This document shows, one piece after another, positions 22,658 through 28,225 of a stretch of DNA of 28,225 nt (position 1 is its first letter; every line of letters starts with the position of its first letter). The position numbers and the translations under genes are program-made. The stretch lies in assembly GCA_003971905.1 (NCBI GenBank), contig RSEE01000022.1:744001-772225 (forward strand), in the 5' to 3' direction. The notes under the pieces were generated by a model. That model was not told where the DNA came from, ran no database searches, and was given only the letters and a program-made list of their open reading frames with translations. The DNA is from Moniliella sp. 'wahieum'. Its lineage: Eukaryota.

Positions 22658-23868
22658 ACCTGTTTTTCTCCCGCTTTGTCCCTTGTCCCCTATGACAGGG
22701 GGGCGCAGTATACACGATGCATGCAGAGCCTGACCCGTGCGGCCGCACCCGGTACATATTGCTCTTCCGGATGGGTGTGAGAAGGCATGCCGTGCCGAGG
22801 TACTGGGTACCGGTCATGCGCGCCTGTGTTGCGTAGATGGGGTCATGTTGTGTTGCCTAGGTCCCCGTCCCGAGGACGAGTGTCCAACTGGGCTTGGAGC
22901 CGTCCTTGGCGTGGGCCCGAGACGCAATCGGATCTGTACATGCGCACAGCAAGGTGGGAGGTGGGGCATGCCATTGGCCAGTACATTTTTACCTCTCTTT
23001 CTGTTGTAGCTTGGGTGGTACCCCCGTACCCGGTACCGCTGCAAGGTGAATGCTGCAAGTTGGCAACTGCAAGTTTGACGATAGGTTTGCGCGTAGCTGG
23101 GAACCCGGGGGCGCGTACCACGTCCCTTGGGGAGTGTAAGTAGGAAGGGCAGCCGGTGTGTTGGGATGCAAGGGCACGCGACGTAGTACCAAGTCTGCTC
23201 AAGCTCATTCCCACGCTCACCGTCAACCTGCTGCTTTGGACTCGGCTCCGTCCCCTCGCCACGTCCTGCTAGCATCGAACGCGGCACGGTGTGGGTGACT
23301 CAGAACGTGTGGAAGGGGGTACTACTATCGCTATTTATAGCATCCAACAAACTACCTACCAACCAACGAGGCGGCACCGAAGCCCATTTTTCACAAGGGA
23401 GAAAAAGGATGACAGCATGTGCAACGTGCAATGAGATGGATACAGTCAGACCGCATAGAGGCCGGGGCGAGGGAAGAGAAAAAAGGGGGTAAAAAGGATG
23501 CAGGGACAAAAGGTCCGGGGGAACCAAGCGGGCCAGGAGCAGGTGTATAAGCGAGACGCGGAGGGAAGGGAGTGAGAATGAGGAATGAGGAATGAGGAGG
23601 GAGGAGGAGGAGGGGAGGGGGCGAAGAGAGAGGATAGCGAAGAGTGTGGAGAGGGATTACCATACCGGTGTGGGCGAGGGTTGTGGTGCGAGAGGAGGCG
23701 GGGAAGGGTAAGACCCGAGCCAAAACGACGAATGTTCAATCCACCAGCTGTGACCAAGCTGAGCACGCCAGGAGCTTGGTTGCTCGCCTCCGCCTGGCAA
23801 GCCTTGACAATCGAGCTGAGCGCACCAACGTTTCCCGCAGCAGCGGCGAGGAGCGAGCGGGTTATGAG

Positions 23869-24924
23869 CTAGGAGCGAGCTAGCTGCCGCCGCGCGCGGC
23901 CGACGCTGTACCGCCCCCGTACCGTCGATCCTTGCAATAGCGAACCCAGGTTGGGACAGTCGACGTTGACTTTGACATTGTTGACTGGGATACTAAATGT
24001 GAAGGATAAGACGGCGACCTTAATTCTGAGGTTGACGAGAAGCGGGATGGTGTTGGCACGCTTGGCCTTGTTGGTCTTGGCAACGTCGGCGGCGGGAGAG
24101 TCGTCGTTGCAAGTGGCTGTCAAGCTGGACAAGCTAGACAGACCAGCGTCCCATCCGCACCCACGTGCAACATCTTGGAACACGACTGCATTCTTCAGTG
24201 GCTGGTTAGCCTGTACCAGGTCAGTTCCAGGCAACGCGATTGTCGTGTTGGCGTTGCTAGCAATCTTGATGTTGTCCTCCTTGGCGGTACCGAGCAAGTT
24301 TCTCTCACATTCGCTCGTAGATCGTGGCATTGATCGTCTTGACTGTCGCGCTGATCGAGTTGGGATTGGCAACGCCCGCGTAGACCGTCGTGTTGAGGAA
24401 CAGTTTCTGATTCGCAAGCCCCAGTTGGGGATCGGCGTAGCCCGATACGCCCACATTCGGAGGGCGGGCAAACTGTAGCAGTAGGGAAGTAGAGTAGTAG
24501 GGACGGCAGGGGGGGGGGGGAGAGGTCAGGGGCCAAAGAGGCTAAAAGGCATGAGATGAGGACCCACCGGGGCAGGGTAACGTACCATGACAGCCAGCAG
24601 AATGCCCGACACAACACCAATGGCCAGCAGCACAAAGCAAAAGAGCGAGCCGAGGAGCTTGGCACAGCCATTGCGGTCTGCCAAGCGGGACTTGTCCTGG
24701 GCAGTCCAGATGGTGTTGCCGCGGTACGCTCGGCCGGTGATCATGCCGTACGAGCTGCCCTTGGCAGAATGGTGCCGGAGCTGTACCTTCCTTCCTTGTC
24801 GGTGGGCTTGTCGGTGTAGGCGGGTAGCCGGCGGGGGTGAGGCTGGGCTCGTCGTAGGCGCCCTGGCATAGTCGTTGGTGGGGTACTGACCGTACGCATG
24901 GCCATAGGCAGCGTTGGTAGCCAT
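23869..24924 (-). CDS. Type II single-pass membrane protein with LEA_2-like beta-sandwich domain (probably extends further 3', see findings)
   Basis: ATG at 24924, Tyr/Pro-rich N-tail, TM LLGSLFCFVLLAIGVVSGILLAVM. Intron 24473-24585 joins to FARPPNV...GVANPNSISATVKTINATIY (NPN motif typical of LEA_2), then LGTAKEDNIKIASNANTTIALP...VFQDVARGCG...VDCP. Confidence 0.65.
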
Positions 24925-25821
24925 GGGGGGCTGTGGAGGGGGGGAAGGTGGTAGAGGGGGGAGCAGGCAGGCCCGAGCGGTGTGGGACCGAGGCGGATGC
25001 TCGATGCGCTGAACGGGAGCTGGGGCTGCAGCGGTGCGAGCGAGGTGCGGGTGCAGAGGGCTGCCCCCGTGCCTGCGGGCCCCACACGCGGCCCAGAGGC
25101 GCGGCGGCAGGGGGCGCATATTCGATCACTGTCAATCCCACTAAGACTAATGCGCCCGCCGGCCTGCGCGCTACTGCCTGTGCTCACGCCGAGCAACCCG
25201 CAGGCAGGGGGGCAGTCCCCGGCTGCCTGCCCAGATTCTCTACCGCACCCTGCGTCCCCAGCCGCCTTGGCGCCCTGTACATTTCAAACCAGACGCACTG
25301 CCCCGCCTGCCTTTCCGCCGTCCTGCCTCCCCGATCCGCCCAGAGTAGCCTAACCGGCCTAACCTTTAACCCCTCACTCTCTCGCCGCCTGCCTCTCGCT
25401 CCGGGGTGCACCACCCCGTCACCCGCCCACCCACTGGCTCCCTGCGCCTCTGTCGTGAGGCTGACGGAGTGTCGCCCATGCCCGGTACTTCCACCAACAT
25501 CTTATGCTCCTCTCCCGGGGTTAGGCTGAGGCCTGAGGATTGAGGCCTCCAGCGCTCACACTTCAACAGCGCTCCGACGTCAGGAGAGGACACAACTGGA
25601 CAGCTGGACAGAGGGCGCGCTACAGTGTACTCCCCAGACGGCTTTGCTTGATGCCGTCATGCACATGCACATGCATCATGGTGGTCTCTGGCTCTGAAGA
25701 GTGACGATGGAAGATGCGAGTAGGTGGCGTCGTGCCATATACGTGGATCCCATACCACTGCAGGCCAGCTCCATTCATCATGGAGATAGATCGATGCATA
25801 GATGCAAGGAGGCAAGGATGA

Positions 25822-25908
25822 TCCATGGTCAATGGCCAATGGTCAATGGTCCAATGATCAATGGTCAATAGATGACATGTGACATGGTCCCGGTCAAGGT
25901 CAATGGTC
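25822..25908. repeat. (ATGGTCA)n heptamer tandem array
   Basis: atggtcaatggccaatggtcaatggtccaatgatcaatggtcaa...aaggtcaatggtcaa. Confidence 0.8.
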
Positions 25909-26342
25909 AATAGATGTGATGGTAAAGGTCAAATGGCCCGTGATATGCACGAGGATGAGAAACAACACTGTACGGCACCCGTACGTCCCTAGGCAGCAGC
26001 ACGATGCAAGCCAAGAAAGGTCTGGGAGCAGCGGGGGGGGGGCAGGGTAAGGCAGAAGGGGGTTCAAGCTTCACGTTAGATGGGGCATGATGAGATGAGA
26101 TCTGAGATCTGAGAGGCGGCGGTAGCAGGTAAAAGTACAAGATGCGGCACATATACCGGAGGTGGGAAGGCACAAAGACACAAAGCACAAAGGCACAAAA
26201 GTGACAAAGGGAAAAGGGGCAGGGGGGGGGAAGAGGTGGGCGGGGGCAATCATGGACAAGGTGTACAGGAGCAAACCGAGCGGGCAGCCGGGGGACAGAA
26301 CAAGAGACAGAGGGGGAGAAAGAGACAGTATGATCCGCGCGA

Positions 26343-28175
26343 CTACTGGTCAGGCGCAGGATGGGAGAGGGCACAGCCGAGGCAGGAGCCGGTGCCGAAG
26401 GCGCGCCCACGAAGGGCGTGGGTAATGTGGGTGGGGGCTGTGCAAGGGGTGCGGTGGACGGGGCGGGGGTTGGACGACCCGACTGTACTGGGTGGGTGGA
26501 TGACGACGGAAAGTGGGTTCTTGGAAAAAACTCAGACGAAGACCAGGAGTTTGACCCGTCCGTCGAGCATATGACCATTGAGCGTTTGTCGTGCGTTCGA
26601 AGCGGCTGAGACCGAGTCAAACTCAACGAAACATACGGGGCCTCCTCCACTCCCGCCTCCTGAACTGGCAGTAGGAGGCAGATTCGAAAAGAGTATCATC
26701 TCTTTCTCTCCTTCTCCCGACTTGGCCGAGGACATTACACGGAATGCCATCGCACGGTACCCAGGTTGCGAAGCAAATAGCGCCCGTGCGCCTCTTCCAA
26801 TTTCTTCCGCTTGGCTTCCCCGCCTGCCGCCGCGGAATTGGGCAAGTTGCCTACAAACAATGTTGTCCCAGGGGGATTATGGTCCCCAATCCCCACAGGG
26901 CCGGTGGAACGTGGACGAAGGGCGCTTGGGATTGGGAGACGGGAACTGGACCAGGACCGGTCAGGGGGACACTGGGGTTCACCCCCAGCCCTGCAAACCC
27001 GGAATGGGGCAGTGGCAGGCGGGATGAAGGGATCCGGACTGGAGGCACCGCGGTGACTGGGACCGGGGTTACGATGGGAGGAGAAAGCGCGTAACGTGCT
27101 TGGAGGGGGCAAGCGACCGCCTGATACGGACCATCGCCCCCCCGTCGATAAAGGACAGGGGGGCAGGGGGCCACCCAGCATAGGCCAATCAGGAAGAGGG
27201 GGAACATCCCGCATCCACTCTGGTCCATTCGGAGGCGCAGATGGTACCCATTCTCGCCCCATACTGGTGGTGGTGGTGGACCGCATCGTACGACGCCACC
27301 TACGCCTGGGTCAAAGGCCAATCTTCTTCTGTTTCGTCCCAGTCGGTCGACGAGCCTGGGGTGAAACGCGGTGCACTTTCCAGAGCCGCGCCGATTGACG
27401 GTGGCGCATCCGAGGGGAACGATGATAATCCCGGGGAGAGACCTGCGCACTGGAACCACCCAGGCCCATGCCAGGACTGAGAGGCAAAGGAGGGGGGGAC
27501 AGATACCGTTCCTCGTCTTCGTAGCGTGAAGCAGTGGGGAAAAGGCACGTAGGCCTCGAGGTGGCAAAAGGGTAGGAGGGGCGGAGATGGCGCCGCAGAG
27601 GGTGGGGGCCGAAGCGCTTGGTGTGCGGTTTTTCTTGGCCATCTCCGTCTTGAGCACTGCGCCGCGGTCGGGATCAACTTTGCGTCCATGCAGGCTGTCG
27701 CGCGCAGAAAGGGCGTCGGCGCGAGTGCGAAAGCGGGCAAATCCAATGTCTGCTTGAGCTTGGCTGGTGATTGGACACAGCAGCGTGGGAAGGCGGGGGT
27801 GGGGGCTTGAGGGTAGCCGCCTCAAACCAGGGGCAAAGAGGAAGAGGTTGTGGAACTCGCGATCGGTCATGTCATCGGGGAATCCAACGATGAAGACGGT
27901 GGTGATGTCTTCGGTGGGTAAGACGGGAGGAGGGAGGCGGCATGGCCTGTTCCGGCACGGCCACGTTCTGGGCTGGGCTCGGGAGGAGTGGGGAGGAGAG
28001 GAGGCTGTCGCGCCAGCCCAGCGCTCGGCGGTGGCGGGAGCGGGAGCGGGGGCGGGGCGGGAGCGGAGCCGGAGTGGGAGCCGCCGGAGCGGGAGCGGGA
28101 TCGGGAGCGGAAGCGGGTGGGCGGGAGAGCGGCCGAGATGCTGGCCGACGGAGCAGGACGCATCCTATCGGCCAT
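26343..28175 (-). CDS. scw1: Two-RRM RNA-binding protein, Scw1/Whi3-like (RBPMS/cpo-type first RRM); frameshifted, stop approximate
   Basis: ATG at 28175. RRM1: DITTVFIVGFPDDMTDREFHNLFLFAPG..IGFARFRTRADALSARDSLHGRKVDPDRGAVLKTEMAKKN. RRM2: DHNPPGTTLFVGNLP..PGYR..GPVCFVEFDSVSAASNARQTLNGHML..LRLSFSKNP (one extra T at ~26525). Confidence 0.85.
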
Positions 28176-28225
28176 GGTGGCGAGGGCGAGGGCGAGGCGG
28201 CGGCGGCGAGGCGGAGGCGGCGGAG

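Overview
GC-rich eukaryotic genomic DNA, most likely from a basidiomycete fungus (GTACGT/GTGCGT donors, CTRAC branch points, YAG acceptors, short introns, fungal gene families). About eight protein genes are recognisable: a hypothetical coiled-coil protein (-), a Ral2/Mds3-type Kelch-BTB regulator (-), a bacterial-type minimal ATP-dependent DNA ligase with an N-terminal SWIM-like zinc finger (-), a membrane-anchored GHSGG alpha/beta-hydrolase (+), a HOL1-like MFS transporter (-), 60S acidic ribosomal protein P2 (+), a LEA_2-like type II membrane protein (-) and a Scw1/Whi3-type two-RRM RNA-binding protein (-). Almost every gene, including RPP2, is broken by single-base indels. This points to an unpolished long-read assembly rather than real pseudogenes, and it makes most entries in the ORF track fragments or shadow frames. 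Non-coding DNA is rich in drifting 4-7 bp microsatellites and carries a recurrent ACATGTCAC motif. The most notable item is the intron-containing SWIM + bacterial-like ligase. I found no rRNA, tRNA, CRISPR array or intact mobile element. All family assignments come from motif recognition, not database searches.
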